From NCBI GenBank assembly GCA_965227515.1, contig CBDDFZ010000001.1, positions 832,001 through 896,000 of the forward strand: 64,000 bases of DNA, given 5' to 3'. Within the stretch, counting starts at the first letter, position 1. Each line of letters opens with the position of its first letter. The notes under the pieces are model-generated. The model saw only the letters and a program-made list of their open reading frames with translations. It was not told the DNA's origin and ran no database searches. Both the position numbers and the translations under genes were made by a program. Positions 20,217 through 30,916 of this stretch are shown here, piece by piece. Origin of the DNA: Alphaproteobacteria bacterium (GTDB lineage: Bacteria; Pseudomonadota; Alphaproteobacteria; CALKHQ01).

Positions 20217-21329
20217 TCAGCGGTGGTAGCGGTGGGGTGCGAACGGCAGCCGGACGACCTCGGCCGGCAACGGCTTGCCGCGCACGATGACGTCGACCTC
20301 GGTGCCGACCTTGGCGTGGTCGCTGGCGACGTAGCCCATGGCGACCGGGTGCTCGACCGTGGGGCCGAAGCCGCCGCTGGTCACCTCGCCGATGGCGTTG
20401 CCGGCCTTGTCGTGGATCTCGCTGTGGGCGCGCACCGGCGCGCGGCCGGTGGGCTTCAGCCCGACGCGCTTGCGCGGCGCGCCGTCGGCGATCTGGCGCA
20501 GGATCGTGTCGGCGCCGGGGAAACCGCCTTCTTCGCGCCGCTGCTTGCCGATGGTCCAGGTGAGTGCGGCTTCCACCGGCGTGGTGGTGGTGTCGATGTC
20601 GTTGCCGTAGAGGCAGAGGCCCGCCTCCAGGCGCAGGCTGTCGCGCGCGCCCAGTCCGGCCAGCTCGACCTCCGGCTCGGCCAGCAGCGCCTCGACCACG
20701 CGCACCGCGCCGTCCGCGGCGATCGAGATCTCGTAGCCATCCTCGCCGGTGTAGCCGGAGCGGGTGGCGAAGCACGGCACGCCGGCAATCTCGGCATCGG
20801 CGCAGGTCATGAAGGCCATGTCGCGCAGACCGGGCGCCAGCCGCGCCACCGCGTCCGCCGCCTTCGGGCCCTGTACCGCCACCAGTGCGCGGTCGGGCAG
20901 CGGCGTCACCGTGCAGGTGCCCGCCATCGCCGCCGTCATGTGCTGAATGTCCTCGGCCTTGCGGCTGGCATTGACCACGGCGAAGTAGTGGTCGCCGCGA
21001 TTGGTGACCATCAGGTCGTCCAGGATGCCGCCATTGTCGTCGGTCAGCAGGCAATAGCGCGTGTGCCCGACCTCCAGCCCCTTGATGTCGGCCGGCACCA
21101 GGGTCTCCAGCGCGGTGGCCGCCTTGGCCTGATCGGCCGCGCGAATTTCGACCTGGCCCATGTGCGAGACGTCGAACAGGCCGGCCGCGGTGCGGGTCTG
21201 GCGGTGCTCGGCCATGATGCCGTCGGCGTACTGCAACGGCATGGCATAGCCGGCGAACGGCACCATCTTGGCGCCATGAGCGCGGTGCAGCGCGTCCAGC
21301 GGCGTGGTTTCCAGATTTTCTTCGGTCAA
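20217..21329 (-). CDS. gcvT: Aminomethyltransferase (glycine cleavage T protein)
   Basis: GLFDVSHMG, RSGYTGEDG.E, GLGARDSLRLEAGL.LYG; TTG start at 21329 with GGAGG RBS. Confidence 0.96.
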   Translation of the reverse strand: MTEENLETTPLDALHRAHGAKMVPFAGYAMPLQYADGIMAEHRQTRTAAGLFDVSHMGQVEIRAADQAKAATALETLVPADIKGLEVGHTRYCLLTDDNGGILDDLMVTNRGDHYFAVVNASRKAEDIQHMTAAMAGTCTVTPLPDRALVAVQGPKAADAVARLAPGLRDMAFMTCADAEIAGVPCFATRSGYTGEDGYEISIAADGAVRVVEALLAEPEVELAGLGARDSLRLEAGLCLYGNDIDTTTTPVEAALTWTIGKQRREEGGFPGADTILRQIADGAPRKRVGLKPTGRAPVRAHSEIHDKAGNAIGEVTSGGFGPTVEHPVAMGYVASDHAKVGTEVDVIVRGKPLPAEVVRLPFAPHRYHR

Positions 21330-21387
21330 GGCCGCCCTCCGCACAACAGGTTGGTACGCCACGCCGGCCGTGGCCCGCGCGCATACC

Positions 21388-21596
21388 CCGCTCTGTCGGA
21401 GGACCTGAGAGATTGCCCGCGCCGCCCATCACGATGCCGGTAGCGCAGGTTTCCCCGTCGGTGGACCGGCTTGTGGGCCGGCCGCTTTCCAGAGGTGCCT
21501 CGATCTGCGGTCCGTTGGCCTGAGAGTTTCCGGGGCGGTTGCTCCTTCGGCGCCGGCGCAAGGTGTTACCCTCTCACCGGACTCTCCCACAGACGT
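21388..21596 (-). ncRNA. Tandem glycine riboswitch
   Basis: Minus strand reads GGAGAG..CGCCGAAGGAGCAA..GGAAACTCTCAGG (aptamer 1) and CTCTGGAAAG..CACCGACGGGG..AATCTCTCAGG..GACAGAG (aptamer 2) directly upstream of gcvT. Confidence 0.93.
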
Positions 21597-21614
21597 CAGT
21601 GGCGATGTCTGGTC

Positions 21615-21642
21615 AGACTAACCGGCTGGCGGAGAGTGTCAA
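21615..21642 (-). promoter_or_regulatory. Sigma70-type promoter for the gcv leader
   Basis: TTGACA-N16-TAGTCT on the minus strand just upstream of the riboswitch. Confidence 0.6.
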
Positions 21643-21734
21643 TGCGGCTGCGCCCGTCCGTTGTGTTAGTCTGAGAGGGCTGTGATGCGAGTCGTCTAAA
21701 CGCCCAACGCTCAGGAACTACCACTTAAGAATCA

Positions 21735-22166
21735 ATGGCAATTGCAGAGCACCCACGACCTGGCACAATTCTGTTGTGTGATTTTGATACTGGGTTTCTT
21801 CCTCCCGAGATGGTCAAAAGAAGGCCTGTGGTTGTAATTAGCCCAAAGATATCTGTTCGCGCCCGATTGTGCACAATAGTTCCAATTAGTACTGAGGCGC
21901 CACGACCGCAAATGGCGTATCACTACGAACTTCGCGACCTTGACCCGCCACTCCCTCCGCCGTGGGATGTTGGTCCAAACTGGATCAAAGGCGACATGAT
22001 CTATTCGGTTAGATTCGAGCGACTGGATTTCTTCCGCTACGGAAGGGATGCGAACGGAAAGCGCATTTACCGATACGAGATACTTCCAGAGGAAGATCTA
22101 AAGGCAGTGAGACGTTGCGTCCTCAGTTCCCTTGGCTTAGCCAGCTTGACAAAGCACCTTCCCTAA
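21735..22166 (+). CDS. Orphan PemK/MazF-fold endoribonuclease toxin (YifN-like)
   Basis: P.PG.IL.CDF..GF..PEMVKRRPVVVIS..L.TIVPIST, W.KGDMIYSV.FERL; visibly lower GC than flanks; no antitoxin ORF. Confidence 0.85.
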   Translation: MAIAEHPRPGTILLCDFDTGFLPPEMVKRRPVVVISPKISVRARLCTIVPISTEAPRPQMAYHYELRDLDPPLPPPWDVGPNWIKGDMIYSVRFERLDFFRYGRDANGKRIYRYEILPEEDLKAVRRCVLSSLGLASLTKHLP

Positions 22167-22174
22167 CTCATATC
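22145..22174 (+). promoter_or_regulatory. Putative RpoD promoter overlapping the toxin stop codon
   Basis: CTTGAC-N17-TCATAT, close to the alphaproteobacterial CTTGAC-N17-CTATAT consensus. Confidence 0.6.
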
Positions 22175-22179
22175 TTGAT

Positions 22180-22312
22180 ACGAGTGCTGCTCTCGCCGCA
22201 AGGCGATCAGCGTCTAAGACCCTTCGGGGCACGCCGCGCACCAAGCGACACCAAGCTTTCGCGCGGCGTCGAGCAAGCCGGGCGGCACAAGGACTGTGTC
22301 GCCCTTTTTTTT
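22180..22312 (+). ncRNA. Putative structured small RNA downstream of the PemK toxin (candidate RNA antitoxin)
   Basis: Hairpins TCGCC-GCAA-GGCGA, CCC-TTCG-GGG, ACGCCGCG..CGCGGCGT with CACCAAGC twice in the loop; own promoter and terminator. Confidence 0.55.
22280..22312 (+). terminator. Rho-independent terminator
   Basis: GGGCGGCACA-AGGAC-TGTGTCGCCC followed by T8. Confidence 0.85.
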
Positions 22313-22362
22313 GTTAATGTCGGTGCAAGCATTCTGCCGGTGCCACGCGCCTCCACTCTGGC

Positions 22363-22902
22363 CTACCCGCCACCAAGCCGGTTGTACTGCAGCTCGTCGG
22401 ACGAAAGCTGGAAGCCGACATAGACCGTGTAGCCGCGCCCGCTGTCGACCCCGCCGGGTAGCGGGATCGTCTCGCCCACCACCTCGCGCAGGCCGATGCG
22501 GTTCTCGCCGTCGTCGAACGACACGGTCTGGTCGAACACCTGCTTGCCGATGATGGTCTGGTCCGGCCGCGCCACCGCGACATAGAACTGGATCGCCTGG
22601 CTGTCGGCCGCCATGCCGGTGTTGCGGTCGAACACCATGGTCAGCGCGGTTTCGACGAAGACGTCCTCGTCGGAATAGTCGCAGTCGACCAGCACCTCCA
22701 CGATCTCGCCACGCACCGCGACCTCGTCGGGCGTCGCCACCGCGCCGCCGAACCGGATCAGTTTGGAGGTTTCGGCCACCAGCACCACATCCGGGCAGCC
22801 GATGGTGATCGCGTCGCTCTCCGTCCCGCCGCAGGCCGCCAGTGCCGACGCCGCGGCGGCCATCGCAACGAAAGGTGCGACCTTGCGAACCGCCCGCTGC
22901 AT
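22363..22902 (-). CDS. Alphaproteobacterial lipoprotein of unknown function
   Basis: Lipobox LAAC, CP.V motif, C-terminal VYVGFQLS..ELQYNR; divergent from ispH; start codon uncertain. Confidence 0.75.
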   Translation of the reverse strand: MQRAVRKVAPFVAMAAAASALAACGGTESDAITIGCPDVVLVAETSKLIRFGGAVATPDEVAVRGEIVEVLVDCDYSDEDVFVETALTMVFDRNTGMAADSQAIQFYVAVARPDQTIIGKQVFDQTVSFDDGENRIGLREVVGETIPLPGGVDSGRGYTVYVGFQLSSDELQYNRLGGG

Positions 22903-23096
22903 CGCGGGCTTGCCTTGCCAACGCTGAAACTTCATCTTCCGATCGTCACGACTGGTGTGCCCCGATGGTTGGCGCGGACCCGGCGGTGCGGTGAGTTGCC
23001 CGCGAAGGCGCGGAGTCTAGTTGCCCCGGCGGCTACCTGCAATGGCCCCTGGCAGCAATGAACCGCCGGCCGCAAGCGACGAGAGCAAACGACACG

Positions 23097-24074
23097 ATGC
23101 CGCCCGACACGTCCAAGCCGAAGCTTCCCGATACGGCAAAGCCGAAACTTAGGGTGCTGCTGGCCGCGCCCCGCGGCTTCTGCGCCGGCGTCGATCGTGC
23201 GATCCGCATCGTCGAGCTGGCCCTGGAGAAGTTCGGCGCGCCGGTCTATGTGCGTCACGAGATCGTGCACAACCGCTATGTGGTGGCGGGCCTGGAGCAG
23301 AAGGGGGCGGTGTTCGTGGAGGAGCTGGACGAGGTGCCGGACGACGCGCCGGTCATCTTCTCCGCCCACGGGGTGCCGAAGGCGGTGCCGGCCGAGGCGC
23401 GGCGCCGCGCGCTGACCTATGTCGACGCGACGTGCCCGCTGGTCAGCAAGGTCCACCGCGAGGCCGAGCACCACCACGCCAACGGCTGCCACATCGTGCT
23501 GATCGGCCATGCCGGCCACCCCGAAGTCGTCGGCACCATGGGCCAGTTGCCCGACGGCGCTACCACCCTGGTCGAGACGGTGGACGACGTGGCCGGGCTC
23601 GCCTTCACCGGCGGCCAGGACTTGGCCTTTGTCACCCAGACCACGCTGTCGGTGGACGACACCGCCGCCATCGTCGCCGCTCTGCGCGCGCGCTATCCGG
23701 CGATCCAGGGGCCGAAGCGCGAGGACATCTGCTATGCCACCACCAACCGGCAGCAGGCGGTGAAGGCGATCGCACCGCGCTGCGACGCCCTGATCGTGGT
23801 CGGTGCGCCGAACTCGTCCAACTCGCGCCGGCTGGTCGATGTCGCCGCGCGTGCCGGCTGCGCCGACGCCATGCTGGTGGAGCGCGGCGGCGACGTGCCG
23901 CTGGACCGGCTCGCCGGCATTGCCACCCTGGGCATCAGCGCCGGGGCCTCCGCGCCCGAGATCCTGGTCGACGAGGTCATCGATGCCTGCCGCGCCCGCT
24001 TCGACATCACGGTGGAGCATGTCGACGTCGTGCGCGAGGACGTGACCTTCAAGCTGCCGCGCGCGGTGGCCTGA
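23097..24074 (+). CDS. ispH: 4-hydroxy-3-methylbut-2-enyl diphosphate reductase
   Basis: [47 protein letters not shown]. Confidence 0.97.
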   Translation: MPPDTSKPKLPDTAKPKLRVLLAAPRGFCAGVDRAIRIVELALEKFGAPVYVRHEIVHNRYVVAGLEQKGAVFVEELDEVPDDAPVIFSAHGVPKAVPAEARRRALTYVDATCPLVSKVHREAEHHHANGCHIVLIGHAGHPEVVGTMGQLPDGATTLVETVDDVAGLAFTGGQDLAFVTQTTLSVDDTAAIVAALRARYPAIQGPKREDICYATTNRQQAVKAIAPRCDALIVVGAPNSSNSRRLVDVAARAGCADAMLVERGGDVPLDRLAGIATLGISAGASAPEILVDEVIDACRARFDITVEHVDVVREDVTFKLPRAVA

Positions 24075-24095
24075 GCGCGATGGCCCGACCCATGC

Positions 24096-24183
24096 TCGAC
24101 CTGCCCGCAGCCCTGCCCGGCGCCCGAAACGCCAGTAGTATGTCTGGGCGGCCGGGTGGGGGTATGGGCCGGCGCCGAATTCG
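24096..24183. repeat. Family A hairpin repeat, copy 2 (degenerate)
   Basis: Right arm TGGGCGGCCGGGTGGGGGTATGGGCCGGCGCCGAAT; left arm decayed. Confidence 0.65.
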
Positions 24184-24209
24184 GCGCACGCCAGTGCGCC
24201 TGATTTAAG

Positions 24210-25208
24210 ATGGCGGTTTATACCGAGGTCACCGACGAGGACCTGGCCACGTTCGTCGCCGACTACGACATCGGCGAGGTGGTCTCGGCCAAGGGCATCG
24301 CAGAGGGGGTGGAGAACTCCAACTACCTGCTGCAGACCACCGGCGACAGCTACATCCTGACCCTCTACGAGAAGCGGGTGAAGGAGGAGGACCTGCCGTT
24401 CTTCCTCGGCCTGATGGACCATCTGGCCGGCGCCGGCTTTACCTGCCCGACCCCGATCAGGGCCCGCGACGGCGTGGCGCTCAGGGCACTTGCCGGCAGG
24501 CCCGCCGTCATCATCTCCTTCCTGAAGGGCATGTGGCCGCGCCGGGTGCAGCCTTATCACTGCGCCGAGGTCGGCACCGCGATGGCGCGCATGCACGTCG
24601 CGACCGAGGACTTCACCATGACCCGCGCAAACGCGCTGTCGGTGGATTCCTGGCGGCCGCTGTTCCAGTCGTGCCGGGACCAGGCCGACAAGGTGTGGGC
24701 CGGCATCGGCGATACGCTCGATACGGAGCTGGCCGTGCTGGAGGCGGAGTGGCCGCAGACCCTGCCCACCGGCGTCATCCACGCCGACCTGTTCCCCGAC
24801 AATGTGTTCTTCCTCGGCAAGGCGCTGTCGGGCGTGATCGATTTCTACTTCGCATGTACCGACTGCCTGGCCTATGACGTGGCGATCTGCCTTAACGCCT
24901 GGTGCTTCGAGCAGGACGGCAGCTTCAACGTCACCAAGGCGCGCCGTTTCCTGGCCGGTTATTGCGAGGTGCGCCCGTTTACCGATGCCGAACTCAACGC
25001 GCTGCCGTTGCTGGCGCGCGGGGCTGCAATGCGCTTCTTGCTCACCAGGCTCTACGACTGGCTGAACCTGCCGCCCGGCGCCATGGTGCAACCGAAGGAT
25101 CCGATGGAATATCTCTACAAGCTGAAGTTCCACGCCAAGGTCAACGACCCCGGCGAGTATGGGCTGGACGCACGCCGGGTGGCCGGCTTCGTCTCACCAT
25201 GGCTGTGA
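24210..25208 (+). CDS. thrB: Homoserine kinase type II
   Basis: [49 protein letters not shown]. Confidence 0.96.
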   Translation: MAVYTEVTDEDLATFVADYDIGEVVSAKGIAEGVENSNYLLQTTGDSYILTLYEKRVKEEDLPFFLGLMDHLAGAGFTCPTPIRARDGVALRALAGRPAVIISFLKGMWPRRVQPYHCAEVGTAMARMHVATEDFTMTRANALSVDSWRPLFQSCRDQADKVWAGIGDTLDTELAVLEAEWPQTLPTGVIHADLFPDNVFFLGKALSGVIDFYFACTDCLAYDVAICLNAWCFEQDGSFNVTKARRFLAGYCEVRPFTDAELNALPLLARGAAMRFLLTRLYDWLNLPPGAMVQPKDPMEYLYKLKFHAKVNDPGEYGLDARRVAGFVSPWL

Positions 25209-25696
25209 GCGCCGCGAGCATGGTCGAGGCCTTTACCGACGGTGCCTGCTCGGGCAACCCCGGCCCCGGCGGCTGGGGCGTGCTGCTGCGCTACAAGGGC
25301 GTGGAAAAGGAGCTGAACGGCGGCGCGCCCGAGACCACCAACAACCGGATGGAGCTGATGGCGGCGATCTCCGCCCTGGAGGCGCTGAAGCGCCCGACAC
25401 GCATCGCCATCCACACCGACAGCACCTATGTGCGCGACGGCATCACTCGCTGGATCGAGGACTGGAAGCGGCGCAACTGGCGCACCGCCGCCAAGAAGCC
25501 GGTGAAGAACGCCGACCTGTGGATGCGCCTGGAAGAGGCCACCGATGGGCACGACGTGAGCTGGCACTGGGTGAAGGGCCACGCCGGCCACCCGGAGAAC
25601 GAACGCGCCGACGCGCTGGCCCGCGCCGGTATTCCGCGCTTCGACGGGGGCGACGAAGGCGAGGCGTTCGAGGAGGCGGACAATGAGCATGCTTGA
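25205..25696 (+). CDS. rnhA: Ribonuclease HI
   Basis: [49 protein letters not shown]; GTGA overlap with thrB stop. Confidence 0.96.
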   Translation: MSAASMVEAFTDGACSGNPGPGGWGVLLRYKGVEKELNGGAPETTNNRMELMAAISALEALKRPTRIAIHTDSTYVRDGITRWIEDWKRRNWRTAAKKPVKNADLWMRLEEATDGHDVSWHWVKGHAGHPENERADALARAGIPRFDGGDEGEAFEEADNEHA

Positions 25697-26452
25697 CCGT
25701 TTCCGTCTCGACGGCCGGGTGGCGCTGGTCACCGGTGGCGGGCGCGGCATCGGGGCCGCGACCGCGCGGGCGCTGGCCGATGCCGGCGCGATTGTCGTGG
25801 TCACCGACGCCGATGGCGACGCGGCCGGCGCGGTGGCCGCCGAACTGGAGCTCGGCGAGGGCCATGCCATGGACATCACCAGCGACGAAGGGGTCGCTGC
25901 CGTGTTCGCCTCGGTGGCCGACCGCCATGGCCGGCTCGACATCCTGGTCAACAACGCCGGGCGCGGCGCGCGCATGCCGGCGGTCGACATGAGCCTCGAC
26001 ACCTGGGAACAGGTGATGGCGGTCAACCTGACCGGCAGCTTCCGCTGCGCCCAGGCCGCGGCCCAGCTGATGCAGACCGGCGATGGCGCCCCGGTCGGCG
26101 GCTCGGTGATCAACGTCGCCTCGATCATGGGCCTGGTCGGCGGCGGGCTCTACCCCAATGCCGCCTACCAGACCAGCAAGGGCGGGGTGGTCAACATGAC
26201 CCGCACCCTGGCGCTGGAATGGGCGCCCGACAACATCCGGGTCAACGCCGTGGCCCCCACCTTCGCCCGCACCGCGCTGACCGAAAAGCTGCTGTCCGAC
26301 GGCGAGATGGAGCGTGCCATCGTCGACAACACGCCGATGGGCCGGCTGGCCGAGCCGGAGGAGGTGGCGTCCGCCATCCTGTTCCTTGCCGGTGACGGCG
26401 CCTCGATGATCACCGGGGCCATCCTGCCGGTCGACGGCGGCTGGACCGCCCG

Positions 26453-26456
<4 letters not shown>
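25683..26456 (+). CDS. Short-chain dehydrogenase/reductase
   Basis: [17 protein letters not shown] (YxxxK), VDGG. Confidence 0.92.
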
Positions 26457-27329
<873 letters not shown>

Positions 27330-27355
<26 letters not shown>

Positions 27356-27893
27356 GGGACGCCGGCTGGAGGTTCCGGCCGGCATGGACGTACGCCCCAC
27401 CACGGACCGTACGCGCGAGGCGATCTTCTCCATGTTGCAATCGGGCCGGTTCGCCGGAGAGTCAGGCGGCGACCGGGTCGCCGGTGCGGTCGTGGCCGAT
27501 GTGTTCGCCGGTTCCGGCGCGCTGGGGCTGGAGGCCCTGTCGCGCGGCGCCGCGTTGGCGGTGTTCGTCGACAACGGCCAGCCGGCCCTGCGCGCCCTCC
27601 AGGCCAACATCGCCATGCTCGGCGAGGCCGCCTCCTGCCGGGTGATCCGCGCCGATGCCCGCCGCCTGCCGACGGCGCCACAGGCCTGCGACCTCGTGTT
27701 CCTGGACCCGCCCTATGGACGCGGCCTGCTGGAGCCGGCGTTGCAGTCGCTGGCCAATGCGGGCTGGCTGACTGCCGATGCGCTGCTGGTCTGCGAGGCC
27801 GAGAGCGGGCTCGACGCCCCGGAGGGATATTCTGTCCTCGACCGGCGCACCTACGGACGCAGCGCCATTACCTTGATGATCCGCAGTGTTTGA
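27330..27893 (+). CDS. rsmD: 16S rRNA m2G966 methyltransferase
   Basis: MRIVAGKHRGR, RPTTDR.RE, FAGSGALGLEALSRGA, FLDPPY. Confidence 0.94.
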
Positions 27894-27997
27894 ACGCGAA
27901 AAGCCCTCCCCCATGGGACTGGGGGAGGGCACATGATCGAGCGCAGTTGCGGGGTTCGATACTCGATCACGTAGCTCGCGTGTTTGATCGTTCACCC

Positions 27998-28327
27998 TTA
28001 CTCGATCACCAGGGTGTCGTTGGCGCAGAAGTCGAAGCCGTAGCCGTCCATCTCGTAGCCGTCGGCCCAGACAACCAGCACGTCGTAGATGCAGTGGTCG
28101 CCGTTGGAGCTCAGCTCATAGACGCCGCCGGCCGGCAGGATGTCGTTGCCCAGCACGTCGGTGCCCCAGTCGGCGGCGTAGTCCGGCGAGATGTAGACGT
28201 AGTGGATGTCCATGCCGCTGGCGTTTTCCAGGGACAGGTTCGACGCGGCCTGGGCGGCGGTGGCGGCGGCCAGCACGCCGGCGGCGGCGATCGTTGCGAC
28301 GGCGGTATTCCGGATGGTCTTGAACAT
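27998..28327 (-). CDS. Small secreted beta-rich protein
   Basis: Signal peptide then N.SG.DI.YVY.SP....WG.DVLG..IL..G, C.YD, D.C pattern typical of small proteobacterial secreted proteins. Confidence 0.7.
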   Translation of the reverse strand: MFKTIRNTAVATIAAAGVLAAATAAQAASNLSLENASGMDIHYVYISPDYAADWGTDVLGNDILPAGGVYELSSNGDHCIYDVLVVWADGYEMDGYGFDFCANDTLVIE

Positions 28328-28584
28328 GATGGTTGCTCCCGTTTTCCCCGAGGGGTGATCCAAGTGGCTGTGGGCTGTTTGCCCTGCCGATGAGTTGGAT
28401 TTGGGAACGCTTGAGACCCCTACCTGTGAACCAGATCACCGGGCATGCGCATTTGACTGAACCGCCCGAACGCGGGCTGCACGCGACACGCCACGACGAC
28501 AATCGGGCCAGCCGCCCCGCCGTTCGTGTAAGCTGGCGGCAAGGCCGTGCCCATGGGCCGGGCAAACAAGATGGGGAGGCAGCG

Positions 28585-29415
28585 ATGGCGACGTCCGAAG
28601 CGGTGGATGGGATGCCGCGACCGCTGAGCGCCGACGAGGTCGCGCGTTACCACGAGCGCGGCTACGTCACGCCATCGGTCAGGTTGCCTGACGATACCCT
28701 GGCGGCGCTGACCGCGGCCACCGATGCCCTGATCGCGGCCAATCCGGAGACGCGGCCGGAGGACCTGGCTGTCCCGCACGTGGCAGGCGGGGCCAGCGGC
28801 CGGCTGAACACGCCGGCAGACCTGCGCGAGACGTTCCTGGAGATCGGCCGGCATCCCAGCCTGGTCGGCGCCGCGGCCCAACTGATCGGACCCGACATCA
28901 TCCTGTGGTCGAGCCATGCCTTCTGCAAGCCGCCGTCCACCGGGGCCGCCGTGCCGTGGCACCAGGATGGCGCCTACTGGCCGATCAAGCCGATGGCGAC
29001 GTGCTCGGTCTGGATCGCCATCGATGCATCAGGGCCCGAGAACGGATGCCTGCGCGTGGTCCCGGGCAGCCATGCCGAGGGCCTGCTCGCCCACGGCCGC
29101 GAGGCCGACAAGGCGCTTGCGCTCGACTCCGCCGTCGACCCGCAGGCGTTCGACAGCGCGGCGGCCGAGGACGTGGTGCTGGCGCCGGGGGCGCTGTCGT
29201 TCCACGACGTCCATCTGGTGCACGGCTCGGAGCCGAACCGCTCCAGCCGGTCGCGCCGCGCGATGGTCTACCGCTACATGCCCGCGCACGCGCACTACGA
29301 CCGCGCGACGCCGGACTATGTGATGGGCAATGGCGGGGTGATGCACTGGGCCGACCGGCCGATCTGGCTGGTGCATGGCCAAAACCGCCACCCGGGCAAC
29401 GTGGTGCAGGCCTAG
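28585..29415 (+). CDS. Phytanoyl-CoA dioxygenase (PhyH) family Fe(II)/2OG enzyme
   Basis: KPP, PWHQD, WIAID...ENGCL.VVPGSH, HGSEPNRS...RR. Confidence 0.9.
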   Translation: MATSEAVDGMPRPLSADEVARYHERGYVTPSVRLPDDTLAALTAATDALIAANPETRPEDLAVPHVAGGASGRLNTPADLRETFLEIGRHPSLVGAAAQLIGPDIILWSSHAFCKPPSTGAAVPWHQDGAYWPIKPMATCSVWIAIDASGPENGCLRVVPGSHAEGLLAHGREADKALALDSAVDPQAFDSAAAEDVVLAPGALSFHDVHLVHGSEPNRSSRSRRAMVYRYMPAHAHYDRATPDYVMGNGGVMHWADRPIWLVHGQNRHPGNVVQA

Positions 29416-29428
29416 AGCATGATCACTT

Positions 29429-29517
29429 AAGTCGGCACCGGCCCTCTCCCCCACCCGGCCACCCACGAGAGTATCCTGCTGGGTGGCCGGGTGGGGGAGA
29501 GGGCTGGCGCAGATTCA
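29429..29517. repeat. Family A hairpin repeat, copy 3
   Basis: GCCCTCTCCCCCACCCGGCCACCCA / TGGGTGGCCGGGTGGGGGAGAGGGC perfect arms. Confidence 0.9.
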
Positions 29518-29603
29518 GCGTAAGCTGATCCCTGTCTAGGAACGCCAGTTCCCACCACCTCCCGTCGTCATGAGCGTTGTCAGTTGCGTTACAACACACA
29601 CCA

Positions 29604-29782
29604 TTGTCGCCCTCGCGCTTGTCGCGAGGGCCCATTTGCGGGGCGGTTCAGACCTGTGCCAAAGGGAGATGGTTGCGTTGACCCATCGAAACTGGGCGTT
29701 TGCCACATAGGGAGTCAAACCACTCTGACCTATTGATATACTGGACAAGAATGGGTCCTCGCCACAAGGGCGAGGACGACAA
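29604..29782. repeat. Family B REPIN-like element, copy 2 (179 bp, 115-bp spacer)
   Basis: TTGTCGCCCTCGCGCTTGTCGCGAGGGCCCAT / ATGGGTCCTCGCCACAAGGGCGAGGACGACAA. Confidence 0.8.
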
Positions 29783-29871
29783 TTTCTTCTTGTTGCGAGG
29801 GTCGAGCGAACGCGCACCAAAATGTGCAAGCTGCGCGGGCCGCAAAAAAGCGCGTTACGCCGGCCCTGACA

Positions 29872-30414
29872 TCAAGGATCGTCGCCGAAGATGCGGCCGA
29901 TCGGGATCGAGTAGTTGACGCTGATGATCTCGGTGCCGGGGTTGCGGTCGCCGAGGTCGGCGTTTGAGATGTGGCTGAACCCGACCGACAGGCGCGAGTA
30001 GTTGTCGAACCGGTAGCCAAGCTCGACGCCGGACCGGAACTCCAGCGCGTAGCCCAGGTCGGGCCCGTCGCCGTTGTTGTAGTAGCCGGCGCCAACGCTG
30101 CCGGTCAGCACCACGCGGTTGCCGAAGTAGATGTCGACAAGGCTGCCGGCACCGATCCAAATGGCCGAATCGCTGGTCACTTCCACGCCGGCCCAAGGCT
30201 TCAAGTAGAAGAGGTCGTCGTCGTGTCGGTACTCGATGCGGAAGTCGCCGGCCGAGTTGTCGTTGCGGATCACGTCGAAGGCACCGACACCCAGCGTCAG
30301 GAACGCTGGATCCTCGGCCGATGCCGACCCGACGGTCATGGGCGCCGCCGTGGCGGTGAGTAGCGCGCCCGCCAGCACGGTGCGCGCCAGGAGCATGGGT
30401 GCGAATCGGGTCAC
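29872..30414 (-). CDS. PagL-like lipid A 3-O-deacylase / acyloxyacyl hydrolase (outer-membrane beta-barrel)
   Basis: Signal peptide, DLG..LEFRS..E, HISNA.L...NPG.E catalytic motif; GTG start 30414. Confidence 0.82.
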   Translation of the reverse strand: MTRFAPMLLARTVLAGALLTATAAPMTVGSASAEDPAFLTLGVGAFDVIRNDNSAGDFRIEYRHDDDLFYLKPWAGVEVTSDSAIWIGAGSLVDIYFGNRVVLTGSVGAGYYNNGDGPDLGYALEFRSGVELGYRFDNYSRLSVGFSHISNADLGDRNPGTEIISVNYSIPIGRIFGDDP

Positions 30415-30509
30415 TGGAGCATTCTCCCTGTTTCGCGGGGGATCATAAGCGGGCCGGGGCGTGTTGCAAGCCGCGATGGGCGAACCGCGATGCGCACGGG
30501 GCCATGCCG

Positions 30510-30854
30510 TTATTCCACGCGGTTTGCCGCATGGGCCACGATCTCGCCGAACTCGGACAGGAATACGGAGCCGCGCACCGTGCGTTGCAACAGCACGTTG
30601 CGCCGGTCGGCCGGGTCGCGGCGCCGCTTGACCAGGCCGAGATAGGACAGGCGGTCGATGGCGCGGGTGATCACCGGCTTGGTGACGCCCAGGTCGGCCG
30701 CGAGCCCGCGCACCGTGTGCGGCGGCTCGGTCTTGTAGATGGCCAGGATCACCGCCATCTGGCGCGCGGTCAGGTCGGGACCGTCGCGGCGCACCGATTC
30801 CGAAATCGACAGCCGCCATACGTCAAGCGCCTGCTGGGGCGACAGCTCGGGCAT
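30510..30854 (-). CDS. MarR-family winged-helix regulator
   Basis: DLT.RQ, PHTVRGLA..L.VTKPVITRA.D.L, D..DRR.V. Confidence 0.88.
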   Translation of the reverse strand: MPELSPQQALDVWRLSISESVRRDGPDLTARQMAVILAIYKTEPPHTVRGLAADLGVTKPVITRAIDRLSYLGLVKRRRDPADRRNVLLQRTVRGSVFLSEFGEIVAHAANRVE

Positions 30855-30916
30855 GCGAGAGTCCTAGAGTACTTTCCGTGTGGGCTGGCGCCGGTTCAGC
30901 GTAACCGACAAACGAT

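Noticed and set aside
21732-21923. 63-aa antisense ORF within the PemK gene as antitoxin
   Set aside because: Fully nested antisense ORF with no recognisable motif or RBS
22180-22280. tRNA or tmRNA fragment after the toxin (integration site)
   Set aside because: No T-loop GTTCGA arm, acceptor stem or CCA end; hairpins do not form a cloverleaf
22115-22423. 102-aa ORF as a protein antitoxin for the PemK toxin
   Set aside because: TTG start inside the toxin without SD, runs through a strong terminator into the convergent gene, no AbrB/RHH/HTH pattern
23101-23150. 24-bp duplication at the ispH N-terminus ([16 protein letters not shown])
   Set aside because: Simple local duplication in a non-conserved leader; no sign of function
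22932-25133. 733-aa minus-strand ORF
   Set aside because: Antisense to ispH and thrB, which have unambiguous motifs
27933-28009. TACTCGATCAC direct repeat near the ends of rsmD and the small secreted gene as att sites
   Set aside because: Only 11 bp and 39 bp apart, part of a TGATCGAG/CTCGATCA hairpin; no integrase or cargo between
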